From Gemmatimonadales bacterium (GTDB taxonomy: Bacteria > Gemmatimonadota > Gemmatimonadetes > Gemmatimonadales > GWC2-71-9), in assembly GCA_035557715.1 (NCBI GenBank), contig DATMDQ010000016.1:568-64567 (forward strand): 64,000 nt of DNA, read 5' to 3'. Under the pieces are notes generated by a model. That model was not told the origin of the DNA. It did not search any database and saw nothing but the letters and a program-made list of their open reading frames with translations. The position numbers were made by a program, and so were the translations under genes. Below, in pieces: positions 50,751 to 60,207 of this stretch (the first letter of the stretch is position 1; every line of letters begins with the position of its first letter).

Positions 50751-51500
50751 TCACATCACTACTCCCCCATTCACCGATATCGTCTGCCCCGTCAGGAAAG
50801 CCGCGTCGTCGGATGCCAGAAAGACCGCTGCAGCGGCCACATCGTCCGGCGTACCCCAGCGTCCCAACGGGGTCAGTTCGATGACGGTCTGGCGGAACTT
50901 TGGATCCGCACCCTCTCCGAAGGCGGTCTCGATGAAGCCGGGGGCAAGAATATTCACTCGAATATCAGGAGCGACGTCGCGGGCGAGCGATTTGCTGAAG
51001 CTGGCGATACCTCCCTTCGCTGCCGAATAGAGCCCCGGATTCTCTCCCTTCATGCCCACCATGACGTGGTCCCAGGCCATGTTGATGATGGCTCCGCCTC
51101 CCTGCACCCGCATCAGATCGGCTGCCGCCCAGGAGGCGAGAATCGTCCCGCGAAGGTCCACATCCAGCACCAGGTCGAGCTTCTGGAGCCGGTCGAGTCG
51201 CCCGCCCTCGCCGGTGAGGATGTCAGCCCCGGCGTTGTTGATCCAGACATCGACTCTCCTGAAGGCTTGCTTGAGGCGCTGAACCAGCGCGTCGATGTCC
51301 TCCCGCCGGCTGATATCGGTCCGGATCACCTCGACCCGGCGTCCGAGCGACCGGATCTCCGCTGCGGTGGCCTCTGCGCCAGCCTGATTCCCCCGGTAAG
51401 TAAGTGCGATGTCGGCCCCGGCGCGCGCGCACCGGAGTGCGATTGCCCGACCGATTCCGCTCGACGCTCCGGTAACCAGGACGACCTTGTGGTCCAGCAC
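50751..51500 (-). CDS. Classical short-chain dehydrogenase/reductase (FabG-like)
   Basis: TGASSGIGRAIA cofactor motif, NNAG, and the S...YSAAK catalytic set. Confidence 0.9.
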   Translation of the reverse strand: MLDHKVVLVTGASSGIGRAIALRCARAGADIALTYRGNQAGAEATAAEIRSLGRRVEVIRTDISRREDIDALVQRLKQAFRRVDVWINNAGADILTGEGGRLDRLQKLDLVLDVDLRGTILASWAAADLMRVQGGGAIINMAWDHVMVGMKGENPGLYSAAKGGIASFSKSLARDVAPDIRVNILAPGFIETAFGEGADPKFRQTVIELTPLGRWGTPDDVAAAAVFLASDDAAFLTGQTISVNGGVVM

Positions 51501-51589
51501 TCCGCCGCCTCCCCTCCGAACCCAGCCGGTGATAACTTCTTAAATCCTAACATATCAGCGCCTTATCGTCTTACCTAGGGAGTCGCTCG

Positions 51590-52417
51590 ATGCAGTTGCT
51601 GGTAAGCGTGAGGTCAGCGGCCGAAGTGGGTTCGGCGCTCAGCGGCGGCGCGGACATCATCGACGCCAAGGAACCGCAGAACGGTTCGCTCGGTCCGGTG
51701 TCGTCGGCCACGCTCGCCGAGATACTCGCCCTGGTCCCTTCCGACTGTTCTTTCAGCATCGCGCTGGGCGATCTGGTCAAGCCCGAAGATGCCGTTACCG
51801 CGATTGCCTCCATCGCGCTGCCGGTCCGAGCTGCGCCGACGTATCTGAAGCTCGGCTTTGCCGGTGTGCGCTCGCCCGAGAGGGTGACCAGAATTCTTGC
51901 GACTGCCGTGGCCGCGCTGGCCGAGAGGGGCTCTCCGGCTCTCGTTGTGGGGGTGGCCTACGCCGACGCGACACGGGCTGGAACCCTGACCCCGGACCTC
52001 ATCCTCGGGCGCGTTCACTCCGCAGGGGCGGCGGGTGTCCTGCTCGATACTTACACGAAAGACGGGATAGGACTCCTGGAATGGATCACCCCCACGGCCC
52101 TTGGTGCCTGGGTAGAGGGTGCCCGTCACGCGGGTCTGCTCACTGCTGTTGCGGGGTCGCTCACGCTGGAAACTCTCGATACCGTCGTGGGGGCCGGGGC
52201 GGATGTGGTGGGGGTGCGCGGAGCCGCGTGCCACGGCGGTCGCCAGGGCCAGGTTCAGACCGATCGGGTACGGGCGCTGAGACGACGACTTGACGGTTTC
52301 GGCTCCTCCTCCGTGAGGGAGGATCTCAGGCGGCGCGGGGCGGATGGCGAAACGCGGGATGGAGCGCCAAATCTACCCCTCGGGACGGTGGCTAAGTTCC
52401 ATAAAGCCAACGCTTAG
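51590..52417 (+). CDS. mfnB: MfnB-like (5-formylfuran-3-yl)methyl phosphate synthase (UPF0264), methanofuran biosynthesis
   Basis: MQLLVSVRSAAEVGSALSGGADIIDAKEP.NGSLG is the family N-terminus. Carries a ~40-aa C-terminal extension. Confidence 0.8.
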   Translation: MQLLVSVRSAAEVGSALSGGADIIDAKEPQNGSLGPVSSATLAEILALVPSDCSFSIALGDLVKPEDAVTAIASIALPVRAAPTYLKLGFAGVRSPERVTRILATAVAALAERGSPALVVGVAYADATRAGTLTPDLILGRVHSAGAAGVLLDTYTKDGIGLLEWITPTALGAWVEGARHAGLLTAVAGSLTLETLDTVVGAGADVVGVRGAACHGGRQGQVQTDRVRALRRRLDGFGSSSVREDLRRRGADGETRDGAPNLPLGTVAKFHKANA

Positions 52418-52502
52418 GGGGGCGTCTCGAAGGGCATGACACTTGCTCGGTACGGGAAGGCTGCGGCCGCGTTGCACCGACCAGCCATTCCACGTGAGCA
52501 AG

Positions 52503-55500
52503 ATGACTCTTCCGTCGACACCACTGCGTAGCAGGTTTGGTCGCCGGCTTCTTTTTCTGTTCGTGGGCTGCGCCTTTGTCCCCATGTTTCTGCTTGCGCT
52601 CCTGTCTTACCGGCACGTCAAACAGCAACTCTACCGCCAGAGTGCGAACCGGCTCCAGCAGGCCAACGTCGCGCTCGGCCAGGCGATCTTCGAACGCCTT
52701 CTGCTCCTCGACGCTACGCTGAAGAGCATCCCTCCCCAGGCCCTACTCCAGCTGGATGTCTCCAAGCGGAAGCCCAAACCGGCTCCCGTGGTGAGGCCTC
52801 CAGCCAAGCCAAGTCTGGGAAACCAGACCCAGACCGGCAACATGGATGGCCGGCTGGCGATGGGCGGGATCGTGCTGGAACGGACTCCCAAGGGAGTTTC
52901 GTCCCGGTCTCCATCGCGTGCGGAGCTGATCGCTGCCAGCCAGGCGCTGATCGCGGGGCTGGACCTGCTCGCACGGCAGCGGTTCGTGGCCGTGGAGTTC
53001 GTGGGCGACGATGGCAAGCGCATCGAGGTCTTCGGCCGTCTGGCCCGGCGGCCCAAGCTGACATCGCGAGATAGCTCCGATCTGAGGCTGGGCCTTCCAT
53101 TGATCGTGACCGAGCACCTTCCCGGCGAGCAGCCGCGGATCTATCTGCTGCGCCGGCTCGTCCGGCGTAATGAAGTGCGGGGCACCTTCGTGGGCGAAGC
53201 AAGCCCGGAGTATCTCTGGGGCACGTTGGACCAGAGCATACCTTCACCGACCACGCGCGTGGCGGTGATGGACGACTCCGGACACGTCATCTTCAGCTCG
53301 GCCAAAACGCTGCCCCTCTCCGCTGCTGGAAACCGCACCCAGGACCCGGGCGTGGTGGCCGACCTGGCTGACCAGTCCTACCTGTCGGCCTCGTCCGAGA
53401 TCAGAATGACCGAAGCCTTCGCCTCGCAACCCTGGCGGGTCTTGCTGTCCGAGTCCAAGGACGAGGTGCTGGACCCGATGGTGGATTTCACCAACACCTT
53501 CCTCATGGTCGTGGGGCTGTCCAGCCTGATCGTCCTGCTGCTCAGCGTGACCCAGATCCGCCGGAGCGTGTTGCCGCTCGAGGAGTTGCAGAAGGGGACC
53601 CGCCGGATTGCGCAGCGCGATTTCACCAGCCAGATCACCGTGAACAGCCGGGACGAATTCGAGCAGCTAGCGGCATCATTCAATACCATGGCCACTCAGC
53701 TGGGCCGTCAGTTCAACGCCCTGGCAACAGCGGCCGAGATCGACCGGGCGGTGCTGTCGGCGACCGATGCCACGGCTATCGTGGACACCATTCTGGCTCG
53801 CATCCGCGATGTGTTCCCCTGCTGCGTGGTCAGCGTGACTGTCGGCGTCCCCGACAGCGCCAAGTCACTCACCAGCGTGATCCAGGATTACACGACCGGC
53901 CTGCGGCATGTCGCCCGCGTCAGCATGCGAGGGCAGGACGTGCAATCCATTCTGACTGGCCCCGAAGTGCTCGAGCTGCGAACCGGCGAGGTCGTGCCGG
54001 GTTATCTCGAGCCGCTGGTGGAGCTCGGAGCCACGTCCTTCGTGATCCTTCCGCTCTCCTACCAGCGCCAGCTGTCCGGCATCATCGCGCTGGGTGAGCG
54101 CTTCGATCTCGTCCCCACCGAGGAAGACCGGGTGCAGATGCGTCGCCTCGCCGACCAGGCGGCGGTAGCGCTGGCCAACGCGCGAATGCTGGATCAGGTG
54201 CGCGAGCTGGCCTACTTCGACAGTCTGACCGGGCTCCCCAATCGACTGTCCTACAAAGAGCGGCTGGCTTACGCCCTGGAGCAGGCGAGCCGGAACCAGA
54301 AGCTGGTGGCCGCGTTCTTCATCGACCTCGACCACTTCAGCCGAATCAACGACACGCTGGGTCACGAGGTCGGCGACCAGCTGCTCCGGCACGTCGCGTC
54401 ACGGCTCCGTTCCTGCTGCCGCGAGCGAGAGGACGAAGTAGGGCCAGCGTTCGCTACTCTGGCTCCGGAGGTGGCGCGCCTGGGTGGTGACGAGTTCACC
54501 GTCATCATGCCGGGTCTGAACGACCCTCAGGACGCGGCGAAGCTCGCCCGGCGAATCATCAGCAGCTTTGCTCATCCGATCCGGGTCAGCACCCACGAGA
54601 TCTTCATCAACGCCAGCATCGGCATCGCCATCTATCCGTTCGATGGCGAGGACCTGGATACGCTGCTGATGCACGCAGACACCGCCATGTACAAGGCCAA
54701 GGAGCAGGGGGGGAACAGCTACCAGACCTACTCCAAGTCCATGACCACGACGGCGCTCCAGCGGCTCACCCTGGAGAACGACCTGCGCCGGGCGCTGGAC
54801 CGAAACGAGTTCGAGGTGCACTTCCAGCCCATTGTCGACGCCTACACCGGTACCGTAGTCGGGGCCGAGGCGCTGCTTCGCTGGCGCCACCCCGAGCTCG
54901 GGCTTCTCCTGCCGTCCGAATTCATCCCCATCGCCGAGGAGAACGGTCTGATCGTTCCCATGGGCGAATGGATTCTCCAGGCCGCCTGCCTGCAGAACCG
55001 GGCCTGGCAGGACGCCGGGTTGCCACGCATCCGGGTTGGAGTGAACCTGTCCAGCCGGCAGCTCAAGCGGCGACTCACCGAGACGGTCAGCCGCGCGCTC
55101 CAGTTGAGTGGGCTCGAGCCTCGTTATCTCAGTCTGGAGCTCACCGAGAGCGTCCTAGTCAATCACCACAAGGAAGGCACCGAGGCCCTGCACGCTCTCC
55201 GGGCCATGGGTCTGCACCTCGCGGTGGACGACTTCGGCACCGGCTACTCGTCGTTCAGCTATTTGAAGCATTTTCCCCTGGACACGCTAAAGATCGACCG
55301 CTCTTTCATCCGGGAGATCGCCATCCATCCGGACGACGCGGCCATCACCACGGCCATCATCGCCATGGGGCACGCGCTGGGGTTGAGAGTGATCGCTGAG
55401 GGAGTTGAGACCGAGGCACATCTGAGCCTGCTGCAGAAACAAGGCTGCGACGAGATCCAGGGTTACCTGGTGGGTCGCCCGGTACCAGCCGATCGTTTCG

Positions 55501-55574
55501 AAGAGCATCTGGCCCGCAAGCGCGGGACGAATGGGGCCGGCGCCCGCCGGCAGCAGCGCTCGCCTAGCCGTTGA
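52503..55574 (+). CDS. Membrane sensor with HAMP-GAF-GGDEF-EAL domains (c-di-GMP turnover)
   Basis: Two TM helices flank a periplasmic region. HAMP (PLEELQKGTRRIAQRDF), GAF-like domain, GGDEF (RLGGDEFTVI), EAL (EALLRW...ELTE...DDFGTGYSS). The start may be 52443 or 52503. Confidence 0.9.
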   Translation: MTLPSTPLRSRFGRRLLFLFVGCAFVPMFLLALLSYRHVKQQLYRQSANRLQQANVALGQAIFERLLLLDATLKSIPPQALLQLDVSKRKPKPAPVVRPPAKPSLGNQTQTGNMDGRLAMGGIVLERTPKGVSSRSPSRAELIAASQALIAGLDLLARQRFVAVEFVGDDGKRIEVFGRLARRPKLTSRDSSDLRLGLPLIVTEHLPGEQPRIYLLRRLVRRNEVRGTFVGEASPEYLWGTLDQSIPSPTTRVAVMDDSGHVIFSSAKTLPLSAAGNRTQDPGVVADLADQSYLSASSEIRMTEAFASQPWRVLLSESKDEVLDPMVDFTNTFLMVVGLSSLIVLLLSVTQIRRSVLPLEELQKGTRRIAQRDFTSQITVNSRDEFEQLAASFNTMATQLGRQFNALATAAEIDRAVLSATDATAIVDTILARIRDVFPCCVVSVTVGVPDSAKSLTSVIQDYTTGLRHVARVSMRGQDVQSILTGPEVLELRTGEVVPGYLEPLVELGATSFVILPLSYQRQLSGIIALGERFDLVPTEEDRVQMRRLADQAAVALANARMLDQVRELAYFDSLTGLPNRLSYKERLAYALEQASRNQKLVAAFFIDLDHFSRINDTLGHEVGDQLLRHVASRLRSCCREREDEVGPAFATLAPEVARLGGDEFTVIMPGLNDPQDAAKLARRIISSFAHPIRVSTHEIFINASIGIAIYPFDGEDLDTLLMHADTAMYKAKEQGGNSYQTYSKSMTTTALQRLTLENDLRRALDRNEFEVHFQPIVDAYTGTVVGAEALLRWRHPELGLLLPSEFIPIAEENGLIVPMGEWILQAACLQNRAWQDAGLPRIRVGVNLSSRQLKRRLTETVSRALQLSGLEPRYLSLELTESVLVNHHKEGTEALHALRAMGLHLAVDDFGTGYSSFSYLKHFPLDTLKIDRSFIREIAIHPDDAAITTAIIAMGHALGLRVIAEGVETEAHLSLLQKQGCDEIQGYLVGRPVPADRFEEHLARKRGTNGAGARRQQRSPSR

Positions 55575-56136
55575 GCCGCGCCGCCAGCTCGTCCATCCGA
55601 TCGCACCCGACAGTGAAGTAGGGCAACCCGACCGGCAGCGTCGTACCGAAATAGGGGTCTACCGGGTCAGACAGCCCGGTTGCCGGCTTGATCAGGATCA
55701 GGCGAGCTGCATCCAGCGCGCCAGCCACGAAAGCCGCGATGCTGTCGCTGGTAACTTCCCAGCTGTGGGGCAAGACATCGGCGGAGCGCATCCAGCGATA
55801 CGGCGCCAGAACAGCCACACCGCTCGATGGCAGCGCCTGGAGCAGAGCTCCGGGCTCCTCGATCAGCGTGGCGCCAGGGATACGCTCGGCGAGCACATGA
55901 GCGTACTGATCCATGGCGAGGATGGCCATCCAGTGTGCGGCGTCAGATGACAAACCCATGGTGCGATCGAATTGCCGTACCGAGTCGGCGAAGGCTCCTC
56001 CACCGGGCACCACCAGTATTCGATGATCACACGCGGACGCCGATACCGCCTGGCATATGCGGTCCAGCGCACCGGGTACCGCCGCGAGCCCTCCGCCGAT
56101 CTTGATCACGCTGAACGGAACCGAGGGTAGGTTCAT
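55564..56136 (-). CDS. Amino-acid-kinase-fold protein of the H4MPT-linked C1 cluster
   Basis: VIKIGGGL... N-terminus and the overall aspartate/glutamate/uridylate kinase pattern. 4-nt overlap with the upstream gene. Confidence 0.7.
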   Translation of the reverse strand: MNLPSVPFSVIKIGGGLAAVPGALDRICQAVSASACDHRILVVPGGGAFADSVRQFDRTMGLSSDAAHWMAILAMDQYAHVLAERIPGATLIEEPGALLQALPSSGVAVLAPYRWMRSADVLPHSWEVTSDSIAAFVAGALDAARLILIKPATGLSDPVDPYFGTTLPVGLPYFTVGCDRMDELAARLNG

Positions 56137-57173
56137 CCACCCGCTTCCATGGTATACCAGAGAAGCCAGGCCACCGCAGCTGCGGGAGCTGTGCGGGCCG
56201 ACTGCCCCAGGCGGTCAGCCAGTCGCACGATGTCCAGTCCCACTGTCTCCGCGGCCTCGGCCGCGATGAAATCGCCCAGCCCAGCCACCACGGCGGTGGT
56301 AATGACGGGCCAACGCTCCAGAATGCGCTCGAGTGCCGCGGCAACGGCACGGACCTGAGCATCGGCGAGAGCGCGGGCGATGGCGTCGAGCGCCGAGTCG
56401 TCCAACATGTCGCGGTCGGCGCACACGGTACGCGCCAGGCGCTCGCCCGCATACTCGCGAGTAGGCGGCCGGCCGTCCGGAGTGCGGCAGGTGTAGTCGC
56501 CGGGACTCAGACGCCCGAGCCAGAGGTGGGCGTCACCGATGAGCGCAAACCCGTCGGCGGAGACACCGGCGCTCCCGCCCCACAGGGGAACCCGGGGCGC
56601 TACCGCTTCTGCCGGGGTCCGAAGGGCGCCGGTGTAGACCAGCTCTCCGCTGAGCAACCGCGCCGGATCGGTGTGTCCCTGCACGACCACCTGGCCGTTC
56701 ACGATCGGGATGAGATCCGCCGAAGTGGTCCCCACGTCGAGGAGGATGCAGGTGGAGACCGATCGAGCCACTAAGCGGGCTGTAGCCGCCCAATTGGCCG
56801 CCCCAACCGACCAGGGTAGTGTTCGCGCCTGCAAAGGCGTGACGAACCGGCCTTCCACGATATAGACGTGGAGCGTGGCCTCCGGGAATGCGACCTCGAG
56901 CGCGTCGAGAACGAATCCGACGCCCTCGCGCTTGGTACGAAAGGCCTGTGAGAGCTCGGCGGTCATGGTGACCGCATGCAGATCGCCGGGAGCGGCACCG
57001 ACCGCTCGTGCGGCCTCGGTCAGTGTCGGCGCCAGGGCGCCTGGGTCATGCTTCAGCTCGAACGGGAGACACATGCTGCGGATTACAGGACCATCGGCGC
57101 CCGCCTCGAGCCGGGTCACCTTGGTGTTGACGCCACCTATGTCCCAGCCAAGAACCGAGGGTGACATGGTCAT
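56133..57173 (-). CDS. Hydantoinase/oxoprolinase-fold protein, H4MPT-linked C1 transfer pathway family
   Basis: LGWDIGGVNTKV...DVGTTSADLIP... is an ASKHA-type ATPase pattern found in methylotroph H4MPT clusters. Confidence 0.8.
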   Translation of the reverse strand: MTMSPSVLGWDIGGVNTKVTRLEAGADGPVIRSMCLPFELKHDPGALAPTLTEAARAVGAAPGDLHAVTMTAELSQAFRTKREGVGFVLDALEVAFPEATLHVYIVEGRFVTPLQARTLPWSVGAANWAATARLVARSVSTCILLDVGTTSADLIPIVNGQVVVQGHTDPARLLSGELVYTGALRTPAEAVAPRVPLWGGSAGVSADGFALIGDAHLWLGRLSPGDYTCRTPDGRPPTREYAGERLARTVCADRDMLDDSALDAIARALADAQVRAVAAALERILERWPVITTAVVAGLGDFIAAEAAETVGLDIVRLADRLGQSARTAPAAAVAWLLWYTMEAGG

Positions 57174-57200
57174 TCATCTCCTGCCGGGCTAGGATCACGC

Positions 57201-58004
57201 ATGCAGATCATTCCCGTGCTGGACCTGGCCGGCGGCGTAGCCGTACACGCCCAGGCGGGTGACCGCAGCAATTACGCGCCACTGACATCTGACCTGGTGC
57301 CGGATCGCACCGGCGACGCGGTTGCATTGCTGCGCGCGTTTCACTCCGTCCTCGGCGTCCATGAGTGCTATGTCGCCGATCTCGATGCCATCCAGGGCGG
57401 GGCACTCCAGCGATCGCTGCTTCGTCAGCTGGCCGAGTTCCACACCGGGTTCGCCGGCGCGCTGCTGGTTGACGCCGGCACCAGCATGCCGGGCGGGGCC
57501 CTCGAAGTGCTTTCCTGCGGTGCCAGCGAGGTGGTGGTGGGCCTGGAGACGCTTCAGGCCTTTTCGGATCTCGCCGCCATCGTCGAGGTGGTCGGCCCAT
57601 CGCGGCTGGTATTCAGCCTCGACCTCCGCCTGGGCAACCCTGTGCTTCACGCCGCCATGCAGGACGCGAGTGGCGTGGGTCCGGACGCCTTGAGCCTGGC
57701 CGCCCAGGCCACTGCGTCCGGCGTGGCGACCCTGCTGCTCCTGGACCTGGGTCGAATCGGCACGGGATGTGGAGTGGACATCGGTCTGCTGGAGACGCTG
57801 CGACGTCGTTTCCCGCGCGTACGGCTCCTGGCGGGAGGTGGCGTCCTTACCCGGCGGGACCTCGAGCGCATGCGGGATGTGGGGTGTGATGGTGCCCTCG
57901 TAGCCAGCGCCCTTCACACGGGAAGGATATCCGCAACCGACCTGTCGGAGCTGTCCGCCCCTGCATCCTGGAACGGTCAGTCGGAGACGAGCGCCTCGCG
58001 GTAA
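57201..58004 (+). CDS. HisA/HisF-related TIM-barrel protein (H4MPT cluster type)
   Basis: MQIIPVLDLAGGVAVHA..GDR..Y...YVADLDAI....VDAG...GGGV resembles HisA/HisF phosphate-binding barrels. Confidence 0.8.
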   Translation: MQIIPVLDLAGGVAVHAQAGDRSNYAPLTSDLVPDRTGDAVALLRAFHSVLGVHECYVADLDAIQGGALQRSLLRQLAEFHTGFAGALLVDAGTSMPGGALEVLSCGASEVVVGLETLQAFSDLAAIVEVVGPSRLVFSLDLRLGNPVLHAAMQDASGVGPDALSLAAQATASGVATLLLLDLGRIGTGCGVDIGLLETLRRRFPRVRLLAGGGVLTRRDLERMRDVGCDGALVASALHTGRISATDLSELSAPASWNGQSETSASR

Positions 58005-58504
58005 GTGGCCGACTGGCCGTAATTCTCCTCCACCTCCAGCTCCAGAAGGGTCAGGTGGCGATAGCCACCGGCCGCGAGCTCCTGGCGCACCTGCACCCCG
58101 AGATATTGGGCCAGCATCTCCGCCGTGCTGTTTGGAATCGGAAGCAAGGCGCAGTCGCGTCGGGGAAAGACGTAGGCCGGCTCGCCGAAGTAGTCGACCG
58201 CCAGGCGCTCGCCCTCCTCGCGGAAAGCGAGCTTGGGATTCAGCGTGGGCAAGAGGACCTTGTGATCAATGGCGTCGACCAGCTTACGGACGATCTGCTT
58301 CAGAATGCTGAAATCGAGCACGAAGAGGCATTCGGAGTCGACCGTGCCCTCGACCGCCACGCCGACACGGTAGTTGTGCCCGTGGAGTGTCTCGCACTGG
58401 TGCCCGCGGAAGGTGATAAAATGAGCCGAGGCGAAGACTAGATAGTCCTTGCTGACCTGGACCCTGAAATTGCTCTGCACGGCAGTTCTCCTCAGCGATC
58501 CCAT
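57977..58504 (-). CDS. 6-pyruvoyl-tetrahydropterin synthase / QueD-family protein
   Basis: FASAHF......CE.LHGHNY.V.V.VEG motif (Zn-binding His set). Confidence 0.85.
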   Translation of the reverse strand: MGSLRRTAVQSNFRVQVSKDYLVFASAHFITFRGHQCETLHGHNYRVGVAVEGTVDSECLFVLDFSILKQIVRKLVDAIDHKVLLPTLNPKLAFREEGERLAVDYFGEPAYVFPRRDCALLPIPNSTAEMLAQYLGVQVRQELAAGGYRHLTLLELEVEENYGQSATYREALVSD

Positions 58505-59340
58505 CCGCCTTCAAGTATAACGACGAACAAAGCAGCGCAGGTCAGGTCGGCGGTCGTGCCCGGATTCCGGCGATTCCGTGGATCTCGCAGCTCGGCATCG
58601 AGCGCTGCCAGGGCCTTCAGCCCAGCGGCCGACTGCGTGCCGCCCGCGGCCCGAACCTGTATAGCCCGGCGGGAGACAGCCTCGGCCTCTGCCGTTCCCA
58701 GCTTGCGCGCGATGTGAGTGTCGGGGGTCGAAGCCAGCAGCGTGAGGTATGCCTCGACCGCGGCTTCGGTCCACCCGAGCCCCTCCTGCCGGCTCGCCCG
58801 AATGGCTGGAACCCCCACCTCGAAAGTGAGGGCAAAGTCGGTAACGTATTCCCGGGCAACAGCGTCTCTGTCGGCCGCGAGGGCCATCGCTTCCCGCAGG
58901 GTGACGGTCGGCGTGTCCGACACGTCCTCCGCCGAGCTTGCTCCCAGCCCCCCCGGACCCGCATGCCTGATGGCGGCGTACATCTGGGCCGCGTCCGCCA
59001 CCGTGGTTCCCGCCAGCACCCGTGTCAGCCGCTCGCGCAGGCTGCCCCCGGATTGCAGCGCGGCCCGCGCCAAGGGCGCGAGCAGGAGTACGATCCCCAG
59101 GTTGGTGTTGGACCTGGTCCAGCGCCGGGTGGCCTCCACCGCGGTGCGGATGGTCGTACCCAGAGGGTGCTTCGCGGCGTCCGAGAGCGCTGGTCCGATG
59201 GCCACTGCGCTGGCCAGGAAGTCCTCGTACCGCGTGTCGTGAAAGTGATGCTCGGGGGACACATTCCCGGGCTTTGGGGCGCTCACCTCCAGCAGGCACG
59301 CGAGCTGGCCTGCGGCCGCTACATCGGCCGGCGTCGTCAC
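58492..59340 (-). CDS. Triphosphoribosyl-dephospho-CoA synthase (CitG/MdcB) family protein
   Basis: ACLLEVSAPKPGNVS...DTRYEDF...TNLGIVLLLAPLA is the CitG-family pattern. Confidence 0.8.
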   Translation of the reverse strand: MTTPADVAAAGQLACLLEVSAPKPGNVSPEHHFHDTRYEDFLASAVAIGPALSDAAKHPLGTTIRTAVEATRRWTRSNTNLGIVLLLAPLARAALQSGGSLRERLTRVLAGTTVADAAQMYAAIRHAGPGGLGASSAEDVSDTPTVTLREAMALAADRDAVAREYVTDFALTFEVGVPAIRASRQEGLGWTEAAVEAYLTLLASTPDTHIARKLGTAEAEAVSRRAIQVRAAGGTQSAAGLKALAALDAELRDPRNRRNPGTTADLTCAALFVVILEGGWDR

Positions 59341-60206
59341 CCGGCCTGGTGGGCGAGAAAGTCCAGCAGCCTGCCGGCAACATCGATCCTGGTTGCCTCT
59401 TGCAGTCCCTTCCAGCCGGGGATCCCATTCACCTCCAGCACATAGACCTTACCGGCGCCGTCGGCCAAAAGATCTACTCCGGCGTAGTCCGCACCCACGG
59501 CAGCGGCAGCCCGCACGGCCAGGGTGCTCCACTCCTCCGACAACACCACGCTGCAAGCGGTGCCTCCCCGCGCCAGGTTGGTCCGCCAACCCGTGGACCG
59601 GCGCTCGATCGCGCCCATCACCCGGCCGCCGATGACGAATGCTCGGACGTCGACCCCCCCATGGTTGATGGTCCGTTGCAGGTAGTACACACCACGAATC
59701 TGCTCGATGGTGCGAAAGACACGGAATGCCATCTCCTCCTCACTCACCCGGACCATCCCCAGTCCCATCGACCCGAACAGCGGCTTGACGATGACATCGC
59801 CGAGAGCCCGGAAGGCGGCCATAGCCTCCTCCGGGTTATCGCACACAACGGTTTCCGGGGTTAGCACACCGCATTGCTCCAGCAGGGTCGAGGTCCAGAA
59901 CTTGTCGACCGTGCGCTCGATGGCTCGAGGTGAGTTCATCACCCGGACACCGCGGTCCTCCAGGCGGTGCAGAGCATCCACCCGGAAGATGATCTGCTCC
60001 AGCGAGCCGGAAGGGATGATACGAGCGAGGACGGCGTCCACCTCGTCGAGCTCGGTGTCGTGGCTGCGAAGGCCAGGGCCCGGCCCAATCCTGGCAACCA
60101 GGCCCTCGTACGGAAGCACTACGGCGTGATGCCCCCGTTCGGCCGCCGCCCTCTCCAGCTCCCTGGTATGCCAGCCGGTCCGGGCGGCGAGGACGGCGAT
60201 TCTCAA
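59337..60206 (-). CDS. RimK-type ATP-grasp ligase (tetrahydromethanopterin:glutamate ligase MptN-like)
   Basis: ATP-grasp motifs (VIVKPLFGSMG.G...; AGVDLL...G..YVLEVNG.PGW.G). Confidence 0.85.
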   Translation of the reverse strand: MRIAVLAARTGWHTRELERAAAERGHHAVVLPYEGLVARIGPGPGLRSHDTELDEVDAVLARIIPSGSLEQIIFRVDALHRLEDRGVRVMNSPRAIERTVDKFWTSTLLEQCGVLTPETVVCDNPEEAMAAFRALGDVIVKPLFGSMGLGMVRVSEEEMAFRVFRTIEQIRGVYYLQRTINHGGVDVRAFVIGGRVMGAIERRSTGWRTNLARGGTACSVVLSEEWSTLAVRAAAAVGADYAGVDLLADGAGKVYVLEVNGIPGWKGLQEATRIDVAGRLLDFLAHQAG

Positions 60207-60207
60207 G

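Noticed and set aside
50751-51500. SDR next to PCD considered as a FolM/PTR1-type pteridine (dihydromethanopterin) reductase
   Set aside because: The cofactor motif is the classical TGxxxGIG rather than the TGxxxRIG variant associated with FolM/PTR1-like pteridine reductases. Only a generic SDR call is supportable.
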